Source: an uncultured Pseudomonadales bacterium
GTDB taxonomy: Bacteria; Pseudomonadota; Gammaproteobacteria; Pseudomonadales; Azotimanducaceae
Reading direction: 5' to 3'
DNA length: 36,098 nucleotides
Assembly: GCA_964548145.1 (NCBI GenBank)
Contig: CAZJRX010000003.1
Span: forward strand, 1 to 36,098
Each line of letters begins with the position of its first letter. Within the stretch, counting starts at the first letter, position 1. Below, piece by piece: positions 1 to 8,606 of the stretch. A program made the translations under genes and the position numbers. The notes below the pieces were generated by a model. The model ran no database searches. It was not told where the DNA came from and worked only from the letters and a program-made list of their open reading frames with translations.

Positions 1-277
1 CGGAACCAAAATCCTCGGCGATCATCGCGGCCACTGGTGAGAAATGCGGGCTAGTGTGCCGCGTCAGAAATAGGTTGATGTTTGCGCAGGGCGAGTTCGT
101 GCCAAAACGCATGTTGGGGGTCCACGAAGGCGGCACATCCTCCACTTTATCGGCGGTTTTCGGGTTCTTTGCGCCTTCCCAAAGTTCAAGGTATTTCTGG
201 CACACGACACTAGCGAACTGTTCCTCGAAGCGTTCAACGATAGGGCATAACCTTGAACAAAAGGCGAGCGTATTCAA
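1..277 (-). CDS. Possible hypothetical ORF downstream of the AAA+ gene, running off the window edge (candidate starts TTG 277, GTG 205, ATG 112)
   Basis: On the minus strand the frame stays open from the AAA+ TAG stop (293-295) to position 1 (..VERFEEQFASVVCQKYLELWEGAKNPKTADKVEDVPPSWTPNMRFGTNSPC..). The composition is non-repetitive and the DNA looks less GC-rich than the rest of the window. It is absent from the supplied track because it has no in-window stop. No family recognised. Confidence 0.2.
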   Translation of the reverse strand, partial: MNTLAFCSRLCPIVERFEEQFASVVCQKYLELWEGAKNPKTADKVEDVPPSWTPNMRFGTNSPCANINLFLTRHTSPHFSPVAAMIAEDFGS

Positions 278-292
278 TGCGCGGCGGCGTCC

Positions 293-2344
293 CTACCGAC
301 CGAATCCAATGGCCGTTGCCCGCCCCGGCTTGGCCTCGCACTCGGCGCGCAGCATGGCCGTGAGCGCGGCAGGATCGTTCGTCTGGCCGAGCACGCCAGC
401 CTTGCGTCGGACCACTTCGAAGTCGCCCGGCGTCAATGTCGTCAGAGCGGACAACGTCGTGGGAGGTTCAAGACCAAAGAACGCGCGGAACGCCGAGGCA
501 GCCGCTTCCGGTTTCAAGTAGCCCAGCGTCACCTTGAACACAAACCGCCTGAGCGCGGCACTGTCGAGGTTCTCGCCGAAGTTGGTCGTGCAGGCGAAGG
601 GCAGCGGGTGGCTCTCCATCCACGTCAGCATCTCGTTGACTTGGCTGACCTCCCAGTTCCGCTGCGCTCCCCGGCGGTCCGCCAAGAGCGAGTCGGCCTC
701 GTCGAAGACCAGGAACGCCTCGGTGTCCCGGGCCTCTGCGAATGCATCGGCGATGTTCCGTTCGGTGGAACCCACCCACATGTTCACGAGGTCCGACGTA
801 CGTTTGTGCATCACTTCCAGACCTATGCGGTCCGCCAGGTGCCGGACGTACGCGCTCTTGCCGGAACCCGGTGGTCCCTGCAGGCACAGCGAGAACCGGC
901 GTTGGCCACCGGCCTGCAAACGCGCGGTCAACGACGCGACGTCAAGGTCTGCTTCGATCAACCCCGGATCGAACCTTACCGCCGGCGTTGCCGCCGGCCG
1001 TTCGCAACCGAGAACCCGGGACAGGCTGCGGATGCCTCGGCGTACCGACTCGAAGTCTCCAGCAGCCAAATCCGCCGCCGCCGTCGCACCGGCGGCGACG
1101 CCAGGCGTGGCATCGAACTCGTGGGCCAATGCGGCCGCATCCTCCGCCGTTGCCTCGATACCGTGACGGGCCAATTGCCTGGACCAGATCCGCGAGCGGA
1201 TGCGCGGCGGCGGCTGACGCATCTCCAAGGCGAACATCATCCGGCGCAGGATGGCCGAATTGATGCTACCGGCAGCGTTCGTCGTCCAGATGGTCGGAGC
1301 GGGTGTCTCCTCCAGCAGTCGGTTCATGTAAACCTTCGAGGCACCGCCCTGCCGCCTGTGCCCAAACAGGCCGTCAAACGGCACCCCAAGGCCACCATCC
1401 GTAAGCAGATCCTCCATCTCGTCAAAGAGAAGCACGGCCTTTCGGTCGTCGCCGAGGAGATTCTGCGCCAATCGGAGTTCGGCAAGCCGTTCCCGGCGGG
1501 TCGGCTCGTCGCCACTCTCGTCCGCCTCCCCGACGCTGAACAGATCGACGCCGATACGCCGCGCGAGGATCCGGCAGAATTCCGTCTTGCCCGTGCCCGG
1601 CGGTCCATGGACCAGGATATTGACACCCCGTGCATTGCGTTCCAGCGCGCCCCGCAGGAGTCCCTCGACATCGTCGCGACTCTGGCCCAGGTGGTCGAAG
1701 TCCGACCATTCAAGGTCACTCTGGCGCGAATCGCCCAACAGCAGTTCGCGGACATCGGCGCCATCGTCAACCACCGAGATGATTCGGTGCAGCCGACCGA
1801 CGCAGGATACGTCCTGATCGCCGTCCACCTCGACCAGGCCCGATCTGACCATTGGGGCAGTAGGGGCGAAACGGCTGCGGACAGCGTTCGGCGACATCGC
1901 AAGCAGCGTCGCTAGCGATGCATGCCTGAGATTCAGGGCGTTGCAGCGGAACCCGCTACCCGAGAACACGGTGTCGATGAAATCCTCGATGACCGGGTGC
2001 GTCTCGTAGCGGAGAAGGAGTTCCAGGATGGCGATGTCGTCCTCCGAAAGGCTGATCATCCCGCCGAGGTCCGCCATCCGCCGAGCCGCGAGGTCGGGTG
2101 CCACGTTTTTGGCCGTCCGGCATTCCGCCGTGACCCGGCGCCTCAGCCGCCTCCACTGCTTCTCCGAAGGTGGTGAGTCCGATCCGATAGCGCCTGCGGG
2201 GACACCCAGATCATCTCCGATAAGACCAATGTTCTCGGTGATCCACTCCATGACACTGACGGCCTGCGGTTGCCGCGGGTTGATGCGTCGGAGGGCGTTC
2301 CCGAGATAGGTGAATACAAGATGCCGGACGTAAGGGGTAAGCAT
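293..2344 (-). CDS. Tandem-AAA+ ATPase (two classical AAA modules) with an unassigned ~240-aa N-terminal region
   Basis: 683-aa ORF with an ATG start. Walker A GPPGTGKTEF plus Walker B LLFDEMEDLL, and Walker A GPPGSGKSAY plus Walker B LVFDEADSLL. Each module has a TTN..ALRR(M/F) second-region-of-homology-like motif. Confidence 0.9.
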   Translation of the reverse strand: MLTPYVRHLVFTYLGNALRRINPRQPQAVSVMEWITENIGLIGDDLGVPAGAIGSDSPPSEKQWRRLRRRVTAECRTAKNVAPDLAARRMADLGGMISLSEDDIAILELLLRYETHPVIEDFIDTVFSGSGFRCNALNLRHASLATLLAMSPNAVRSRFAPTAPMVRSGLVEVDGDQDVSCVGRLHRIISVVDDGADVRELLLGDSRQSDLEWSDFDHLGQSRDDVEGLLRGALERNARGVNILVHGPPGTGKTEFCRILARRIGVDLFSVGEADESGDEPTRRERLAELRLAQNLLGDDRKAVLLFDEMEDLLTDGGLGVPFDGLFGHRRQGGASKVYMNRLLEETPAPTIWTTNAAGSINSAILRRMMFALEMRQPPPRIRSRIWSRQLARHGIEATAEDAAALAHEFDATPGVAAGATAAADLAAGDFESVRRGIRSLSRVLGCERPAATPAVRFDPGLIEADLDVASLTARLQAGGQRRFSLCLQGPPGSGKSAYVRHLADRIGLEVMHKRTSDLVNMWVGSTERNIADAFAEARDTEAFLVFDEADSLLADRRGAQRNWEVSQVNEMLTWMESHPLPFACTTNFGENLDSAALRRFVFKVTLGYLKPEAAASAFRAFFGLEPPTTLSALTTLTPGDFEVVRRKAGVLGQTNDPAALTAMLRAECEAKPGRATAIGFGR

Positions 2345-2392
2345 GGGTCTGCCTCGCGAGTTCGTCGTTTCGCAGGCATAGTGCGCTAGGAA

Positions 2393-2411
2393 TGCGACAA
2401 TTTACGTCGCA
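2393..2411. promoter_or_regulatory. Inverted repeat TGCGAC-N7-GTCGCA in the AT-richer spacer upstream of the AAA+ gene (candidate operator)
   Basis: Perfect 6-bp arms at 2393-2398 and 2406-2411, about 50 nt upstream of the AAA+ ATG at 2344. No binding protein is known. Confidence 0.2.
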
Positions 2412-2554
2412 ATAGAGTCCCTCAAACCATGGGCAATTTCGCCCCTACGAGTTAACTTAACTAAACTAGCGCGACTTCAAACACGCTGCGATCTGATCAC
2501 ATCGTGGCCGCGAACGCAGTCACCGCGTAAGGTGGCGTGCCTCACCCTACTGTG

Positions 2555-3934
2555 TCACAAGCCGGTACCCACCAACCGTTGGCGCTGCTGGATCACCGTT
2601 CGCCGGTTCCATTCCCGTGCCCACAACCCGAGGACGACGTTGGTGAACGCCGCCGCCGCGAAAATGCCGACGTGGCCGAGCCATTGCCGGGCGAGAAGCG
2701 CCAGCGGGATGTAGAAAACCACAAGCCGGAGTAGCGAGAGTAGGAGCGGCGGCAGCGGCTTCGACAGCGCATTGAAGGCCCCGTTGGCGGTATTGAACAT
2801 GCCGGCGAAGCCGATGGTGATCGGGATGATGTAGAGGTACGCGGTTGCCGTGGAAACGACCTCCGCTTCGTCCCGGATCAGGGTTACGAACAGTTCGCCG
2901 CCGGTCCACATGATGACGGCCGCGACGACGCCCCAGACGAGGCAGTAGCGGTAGCAGAGCCGCAGTGCCTCGTCGACGCGGTCGAAACGCCGGGCGCCCC
3001 AGTTCTGGCCCACGAGGGGCGCGGCGTTGGTGGCGATGCCGATCACCACCATGAACACGATCGACTCGATGCGCGAACCGACGCCGAAGCCGGCGACGAC
3101 GGCTGCGCCGAAGGGCGCCAATAGTCGGGTGACCACTGCTGATGCCAGGGGCTCGATGATGTTGCTGGTCATGGCTGGCAGGCCGACGTGCAGGATTTCT
3201 CGCAGGTGCAAGGGAAACCGGGCAAGCGAGAGGCGGATCATGCGTTCCTTGATGCAGAACCAGTAAACGCCGATCAGGAACGAAGCCGAGCGGGCGACCA
3301 CGAACGACCAAGCCGCCCCTTCCACCCCAAGCGCTGGCAGACCCAACCAGCCGAAGATCAGGAAGGGTCCGATGAATACCTGAAGTACCGATCCCGCGGT
3401 GATCACGATCCCGGGATAGACCGGGTCGCCGATGGCCCGCATCAGTCCGGTACCGACCATGGACAACCCGAACAGCGGGTAGCCGATTGCCGAGATGCGG
3501 ATGTAGGAAACGACGAGGTCGAGCACGGCCTCGCGAGCGCCCAGTACGTGAAACAACGGCTTTGCGAAGGCGATCAGAAGGATCGAGCAGGCGATGTTGA
3601 AGGCCAGCACCAGCAGCAGGCCGTGGGTCGTGAGGAATGCGGCCCGTTCTCGGTCGCCGGCACCGATGGCGCGCGCCAGGACGGCGCCGATGCCAACGCC
3701 GATGCCCCGGGTCGCGGCGCCGATGGCCATGAGCACGGGAAAGGCGAACGTTACGGCGGCGATGGCTTCCGTCCCGACCCGGCCGAGGTAGAAGATCTCC
3801 ACGAAACTCGCCAGCGTCATGGCGAGGAACCCGAGGATCATGTACCCCGAAAGGCGCATGAGATGGCGGGACAGATCGCCCTCGGTGAAGCTCGCTGTCA
3901 CTGACTGGGAACCGGCATCCATGCGGTTCGGCAA
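2555..3934 (-). CDS. MATE family efflux transporter
   Basis: 459 aa, polytopic and hydrophobic throughout. The N-terminal pattern ..LGFLAMTLASFVEIFYLGRVGTEAIAAVTFAFPV.. is MATE-like. The track start at 3934 is TTG; an alternative ATG lies at 3922. It sits 4 nt downstream of the preceding gene. Confidence 0.88.
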   Translation of the reverse strand: MPNRMDAGSQSVTASFTEGDLSRHLMRLSGYMILGFLAMTLASFVEIFYLGRVGTEAIAAVTFAFPVLMAIGAATRGIGVGIGAVLARAIGAGDRERAAFLTTHGLLLVLAFNIACSILLIAFAKPLFHVLGAREAVLDLVVSYIRISAIGYPLFGLSMVGTGLMRAIGDPVYPGIVITAGSVLQVFIGPFLIFGWLGLPALGVEGAAWSFVVARSASFLIGVYWFCIKERMIRLSLARFPLHLREILHVGLPAMTSNIIEPLASAVVTRLLAPFGAAVVAGFGVGSRIESIVFMVVIGIATNAAPLVGQNWGARRFDRVDEALRLCYRYCLVWGVVAAVIMWTGGELFVTLIRDEAEVVSTATAYLYIIPITIGFAGMFNTANGAFNALSKPLPPLLLSLLRLVVFYIPLALLARQWLGHVGIFAAAAFTNVVLGLWAREWNRRTVIQQRQRLVGTGL

Positions 3935-3938
3935 ACCC

Positions 3939-5465
3939 CTACGGGAATCCGTTCTCGGATGCAGGCTCGAACATCAGATGGCCATCCTGCACGCGAAGCG
4001 TGCCGAACAGCGGAACGTCTTCCGAGCAAACGGCGAGGCGAAGCGACGGTCCGGGGGTCCGGTCCCAATCCAACGCAAGGGAGTAGTCGTTCAGGATTCC
4101 TCCCACCGATTCCGGAATGACCGGTTCGTTTCGAAGTAGTCCCACGATGCGGGTCCGGCTATTGTCGTCTTCGCGATTGAGGGCCATGGCATGTACGGCG
4201 ACATATTCGCCCTCTCGACTATATGCGAGCAACCGGTCGCCCCGGAACTCGAAGCCAAGGTCTTCGTCGCCGTCCTCATCTTCCGACAGACGTGCCACCG
4301 GCACCCCCGTCGTCGTATTCAAGATCTCGAACTCCGACCCCCACACGCCCAACCAGGCCCCGTCGCTAGATAGGATCGGCGGCAGCCAAGGCCCGGAGCC
4401 GGGAAGCGATACTTGTCGCGACCAGACTTCCGCAGTCCGCGAAACCTCCCCGCCTGGTCCGTATTCCCGGTTCACCTTGACGATCCGCCAGCCGGCCCCG
4501 TCCTCGAAGCTGACATCGTAGCCTGTCTCGCTCGATGCCAAGAGGATCGATTCCGGAGGGAAGAACACGCCGTGCTGAGTGGTTTCGGCGGTCACCGTGC
4601 GCGTCGGTCCGCCATCGACGCGAAAGAACCATTGAACGCCGGTGCTCGCCATGGGTGCCAGGTTGAATTCCAGGCCGGCCGCCGCGGCGCTATCCCTAGC
4701 CCGCGCGCCGAAACTCAATACGCCGCCCCGGATCGACGACACGATGACTTCGCTGAAGTCCGTCGAGTACGACGTGCCGAAGTTGCGCCTCGATCCTGTC
4801 GGCACCAGCGAATCGTCCAGTTCGTAGTGGTGCTCCTCGCCGAGATCGATGTTGCGGACCACCAGCTGCGCCGCGCCCGTCAACGGCTCGATGGCGTAGA
4901 ACGAAGAACCGTTGTCCGCGATGTCGAAGTCCCACGCATCATCCAGTTCGTAGATCAGTTGCCCGTCCTGAACCACTCGCACCATCCCCTCGTGGCCAAA
5001 CCCCGCGATCACGGAGCCATCGGCGCGTTGCCCAAACGCTTGGCGATCCGGCAGGAACGGCAACGTGCCGTCGAACATCACCCCGTCCCCGTTGATAACC
5101 GCGTACCAAGCACCGTCGCCGGCGGGCACCACGACTACCGTGGCATCTTGGGCGAACCCCTGCCCGAGCCCTATCCGGCAATCCGGGTGGGCAATCACCT
5201 GCTCCGGCGTAACAGCACGAACGGCCGATGCACTGGGCTGCAAGACAGGTTCCTCTTCGCGCTCGGAATTCGAAGGAACTCGCAATGCCAAAGGTTCTGC
5301 GTCGGCAGCCTGGGGCGGTTGATCCTCCCGAGGCCCGTGTTGGCTCACCCACCAGGCAACGATGCAAAGACTGCCTGTCGCCAGTGCAAGCAGTAGCCAC
5401 CCCCGGACAGTCGTGCGTCCCCGAAAGCGGTCTCGAATTGTACCGGTGGGCGCCACGACACTCAT
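3939..5465 (-). CDS. Membrane-anchored protein of unknown function (paralogue 1 of a tandem pair; beta-rich, possibly propeller-like)
   Basis: 508 aa with an ATG start. It has an N-terminal TM segment (WLLLALATGSLCIVAWWV) and an acidic/Pro linker. Long collinear similarity to the 5473-6927 product (e.g. PDCRIGLGQ..DGAWYAVINGDGVMFDGTLPFLPDR..DGSVIAGFG..VVQDGQLIYELDD..IADNGSSFYAIEPL..LVVRNIDLGEEHHYEL). Confidence 0.75.
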   Translation of the reverse strand: MSVVAPTGTIRDRFRGRTTVRGWLLLALATGSLCIVAWWVSQHGPREDQPPQAADAEPLALRVPSNSEREEEPVLQPSASAVRAVTPEQVIAHPDCRIGLGQGFAQDATVVVVPAGDGAWYAVINGDGVMFDGTLPFLPDRQAFGQRADGSVIAGFGHEGMVRVVQDGQLIYELDDAWDFDIADNGSSFYAIEPLTGAAQLVVRNIDLGEEHHYELDDSLVPTGSRRNFGTSYSTDFSEVIVSSIRGGVLSFGARARDSAAAAGLEFNLAPMASTGVQWFFRVDGGPTRTVTAETTQHGVFFPPESILLASSETGYDVSFEDGAGWRIVKVNREYGPGGEVSRTAEVWSRQVSLPGSGPWLPPILSSDGAWLGVWGSEFEILNTTTGVPVARLSEDEDGDEDLGFEFRGDRLLAYSREGEYVAVHAMALNREDDNSRTRIVGLLRNEPVIPESVGGILNDYSLALDWDRTPGPSLRLAVCSEDVPLFGTLRVQDGHLMFEPASENGFP

Positions 5466-5472
5466 CGAGCCC

Positions 5473-6927
5473 TTAGTAGGTCGAGGCCCTATAGGTCAGC
5501 CGGCCATCCCTGATCTCAAGCCGCCTGTCCAATAGGGCATGGTTGGTACACGCCGTGGGTGCAGCGGGATCGAGCGAAGTCCGTATAGCAAAGGTCTGCT
5601 CGGTCTCGTCGACGCCGGGCTCGACCTTGAACCACCGGACCTGATAGGCGCGCTTGGAGACCGGGTCCAGTTCATACGCCACTACATCCCAGCCCTCGTC
5701 CGCCTTGCCTGCCTCTGACCGGGTCACCAACAACTGATCCCCGACGAACCGGGCTCGAAACCGGTGCGCGGGGTTCGCGAATCGGCTGGCGAAGGCCAGG
5801 TGGCCGAACTGCGTGTCCACGAATCTGAGCCACTGCATTCGGTTTTCTCTCCCCTCCGGATAGGATAACACTGTCTCGCCATCCTCCGTATGCAACACCT
5901 CGACGCCCGCAACCGGATCGGTTAGCACGAGCCAAGCGCCGTCCAGCGAAACCTGCATCGACAAATTGCGCAGGAACTGAAGATCCCGGGTCCACACTTC
6001 TCGACCGCGCTCCCCGCCGTTTCCAAACTCGCGCTCTACTTTGACGATCCGCCAGAGCAGGCTATAGCGGTTCCGATCCTTGTCGCCCACGTTGCGGGCG
6101 TGGTAGCTCAACTCGCTGGTCGCGAAGACGGACAAGTCTCTGGTCGGCATGCCTTGTGTCGGTTCAACCACGACTTCGCGCGGCACCCCGCCGACCACCG
6201 GAAAGAACCGGCTCGCACCGCCCCTGCTGCGGGAAGGTCTGACGATCACTTCCGCCAGGTCAACCGAGTAGTCCAAGCCGAAATCCAGACTGTGGTTGGT
6301 GGGCGTGATCGACGTGCCCAGGTCGAAATGGTGTTCCTCGCGTAGCTCAAGGTTGCGCACCACGAGCCGCGAGGCATTGCCCGCCAACGGCTCGACGACG
6401 AAGAAGGAAGAACCGTCATCGGCGATACCGAAGCTCCAAACCTCATCGAACTCGTAGATCACGCTCCCGTCGTGGACGACCTGCACCTTGTCTGCCAGAC
6501 CGAACCCCACGAGGATCGTACCGTCGGGCCGCTTTCCCACTTCCGGCCGTTCCGGCACGAAAGGCAGCGTGGCATCGAACACGATGCCGAACGTGTTCAC
6601 CACGGCGAACCATGCGCCATCTCCTAGGGGAAGGTAGACCAGGGCGGTATCCGACGCCGTTCGCTGGCCGACAACCATCCGGCATTGAGGGTCGGCGATC
6701 ACCGCCGCCGCCGTCGGCCGTTCCAGTACGTGCGGCTGGGCAAGCGCCTGGCTCTCAGGACGTTCAGCGTCAGATGCGGGGACGGTCGCTTCGAACTCGT
6801 TCGAGTCCGGGTCGGGCGTGGATACCGTCGCATCCGGTGCAACGTCGGCGAGCCACCAAGCGCCAAGCACCCCGACTACCGCCAGAGTGGCCAGCGTCAG
6901 CCAACGACGGCTTGACACCCAAGGCAC
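5473..6927 (-). CDS. Membrane-anchored protein of unknown function (paralogue 2 of a tandem pair)
   Basis: 484 aa with a GTG start at 6927 and an N-terminal TM segment (WLTLATLAVVGVLGAWWL). The same conserved blocks as 3939-5465 (PQCRMVVGQ..DGAWFAVVNTFGIVFDATLPFVPER..DGTILVGFG..VVHDGSVIYEFDE..IADDGSSFFVVEPL..LVVRNLELREEHHFDL). Confidence 0.75.
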   Translation of the reverse strand: MPWVSSRRWLTLATLAVVGVLGAWWLADVAPDATVSTPDPDSNEFEATVPASDAERPESQALAQPHVLERPTAAAVIADPQCRMVVGQRTASDTALVYLPLGDGAWFAVVNTFGIVFDATLPFVPERPEVGKRPDGTILVGFGLADKVQVVHDGSVIYEFDEVWSFGIADDGSSFFVVEPLAGNASRLVVRNLELREEHHFDLGTSITPTNHSLDFGLDYSVDLAEVIVRPSRSRGGASRFFPVVGGVPREVVVEPTQGMPTRDLSVFATSELSYHARNVGDKDRNRYSLLWRIVKVEREFGNGGERGREVWTRDLQFLRNLSMQVSLDGAWLVLTDPVAGVEVLHTEDGETVLSYPEGRENRMQWLRFVDTQFGHLAFASRFANPAHRFRARFVGDQLLVTRSEAGKADEGWDVVAYELDPVSKRAYQVRWFKVEPGVDETEQTFAIRTSLDPAAPTACTNHALLDRRLEIRDGRLTYRASTY

Positions 6928-6993
6928 AGAACGGTCTCGCTTCGCCTCCGTTGGGCATTACACTAACCCATTCCAAGAGTTCGAGGATCACCC

Positions 6994-7422
6994 ATGAGAA
7001 AGCCGTTCGCCACCATTGCGCTCTCCGCCGGTCTAGCCGCGATTGCCGTGTCCGCCTCGGAAGGCGAGGTCAACTACCGGCAACATACGATGAAAGCCGT
7101 CGGTGGCCATATGGGTGCCATCGTCGACATCGTTCGCGGCGACGTGCCCCACATGGACCACTTGGCAACGCATGCCAAAGCGATGGCGGATCTGGCCGAG
7201 ATCGCCCCGACACTGTTCCCCGAGAATTCGAAGGGCGGCGACGCCCTCGATGCGTTCTGGGAGAACGCGGAGGACTTCAAGAGCAAGCTGGAAGCGTTCC
7301 GCGAGGCCGCCGCCGCCTTCAACGACGCCGCCGAGACGGGCGACAGAGGCGAGATCATGCCCGCTTTCCTAGGTGTCGGCCAGGCCTGCAAGGGGTGCCA
7401 CGACGACTACCGCGCGGAATAG
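6994..7422 (+). CDS. Cytochrome c' (class II c-type cytochrome)
   Basis: 142 aa. Signal peptide MRKPFATIALSAGLAAIAVSA. The single heme motif CKGCH lies near the C-terminus (..GQACKGCHDDYRAE), typical of four-helix-bundle class II cytochromes c. GAGGA sits 5 nt before the ATG. Confidence 0.9.
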   Translation: MRKPFATIALSAGLAAIAVSASEGEVNYRQHTMKAVGGHMGAIVDIVRGDVPHMDHLATHAKAMADLAEIAPTLFPENSKGGDALDAFWENAEDFKSKLEAFREAAAAFNDAAETGDRGEIMPAFLGVGQACKGCHDDYRAE

Positions 7423-7430
7423 CGTCGCAG

Positions 7431-8078
7431 TCAGAGCAGGCGGTCGGCGTAGATCACGACCAACACGACGCCGAGCGCTAGCGCCGAGGTGATTGCAGCG
7501 CGAACCCAGAAGTGCGGCGTCGCGGGCAACCCCAAGGGTTTCTGGCCGGTGAACATCGCGAGCGGCGTGGGATCGCGCAGCACGAGTCCGTAGACGGCGT
7601 GGGCCGTTAGATGCACAACGCCCGCGCCCAGGATCAGCCAGTGCACGCGATGGTGGATCCACGTCGCGGTCTTTGCGAACTCGTCCGATACGTGACGATT
7701 CAACGGCCCCTCGTTGAATATGTCGTCGGTCGCGAACAATCCGCTACCGACCTGTACGGCGACAGCCACGAAGAACACGAGGGCAAGCGCCACCCCCGGG
7801 GAGGTATGCGCCCTAGGCTGGCCACGGCGCCGGAAGTGGTCGACGAATGCCGCCGGCGTCGTCCAGTAGTGGCCGAAACGCGCGTACCGTCCGCCCCACA
7901 CGCCCCAGCCGGCGCGGAACACCAGCAACCCGAGGAGCACGAGACCGGAGCGCAGGTGCCATTCCATCAGTGAGATGTCGCCCTTCAAGCCCGAATAGAG
8001 CGAAAACGCGATGAACGCCGCGAACGCCCAGTGCCAGAGGCGCAGCGGCCAATCCCAGATCGTGGGGTCCGGCTTCAT
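7431..8078 (-). CDS. Cytochrome b561 / Ni-Fe-hydrogenase-type b cytochrome family membrane protein
   Basis: 215 aa. The N-terminus IWDWPLRLWHWAFAAFIAF is typical of the family. Four hydrophobic helices carry conserved His residues (WHW, HHRVHW, HLTAH). The start overlaps the upstream cupin stop (ATGA). Confidence 0.85.
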   Translation of the reverse strand: MKPDPTIWDWPLRLWHWAFAAFIAFSLYSGLKGDISLMEWHLRSGLVLLGLLVFRAGWGVWGGRYARFGHYWTTPAAFVDHFRRRGQPRAHTSPGVALALVFFVAVAVQVGSGLFATDDIFNEGPLNRHVSDEFAKTATWIHHRVHWLILGAGVVHLTAHAVYGLVLRDPTPLAMFTGQKPLGLPATPHFWVRAAITSALALGVVLVVIYADRLL

Positions 8079-8551
8079 GCGTAGGGCGTGCCGTCCCTGT
8101 GCGCGTAGGTGCCGCCGGTGCCGCGGCCCTTAATCTGCATGTCGATGTCGGGATAGTCGACGTCGTCGCCTTGCCGACGCGTGCCGACCTCGAGATAGGT
8201 CGCCGGCGCATCGGTATCGTTTACCAGGTGGTGGCCGTTGGCGTCGCCCGCCGGGAACCCCGCACACATGCCCGGCGCAAGCGGTGTGCGGCCGTCGTCG
8301 GTCACCAGCGTCGGGCGACCTTCGAGGACGTAGACGAACTCATCCTCCCCGGAGTGCCAATGCCGCTGCGACGACCATGTGCCAGGCGGCAGAGTGACGA
8401 GGTTGACGCCGTATTGACTGAGCGCGAATGCATCGCCCAGCGCATATTTCTCCCGCCCCTCACACGGCACGGAAAACGGATGCGGATAGCTGCTGCCCCG
8501 GCGTTGGGGAACCGAGGTGGCAGCGATGGCGGGGGAGTCGGTCTTGGTCAT
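8075..8551 (-). CDS. Cupin domain protein
   Basis: 158 aa. Cupin motif HWHSGEDEFVYVLEGRPTLVTDDG and a second motif ..AGFPAGDANGHHLVN. There is a 4-nt overlap with the downstream b561 gene. Confidence 0.8.
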   Translation of the reverse strand: MTKTDSPAIAATSVPQRRGSSYPHPFSVPCEGREKYALGDAFALSQYGVNLVTLPPGTWSSQRHWHSGEDEFVYVLEGRPTLVTDDGRTPLAPGMCAGFPAGDANGHHLVNDTDAPATYLEVGTRRQGDDVDYPDIDMQIKGRGTGGTYAHRDGTPYA

Positions 8552-8606
8552 GGGTGCTCCAGGTCGTGGCGGCCATTGTTGCCGTCGTTGAGACCGCGAG
8601 CAAGCG

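Noticed and set aside
54-521. 155-aa plus-strand ORF at the window start
   Set aside because: Its second half is antisense to the AAA+ C-terminus and it has no motifs. The minus-strand open frame in 1-277 seems the more plausible coding reading, although that frame is itself only low confidence.
608-1915. 435-aa plus-strand ORF (with other long ORFs at 534-1166 and 1324-1902) overlapping the AAA+ gene
   Set aside because: It lies entirely inside or antisense to a gene with clear AAA+ motifs. The Arg/Pro/Ala/Gly-rich composition is typical of shadow ORFs in GC-rich DNA.
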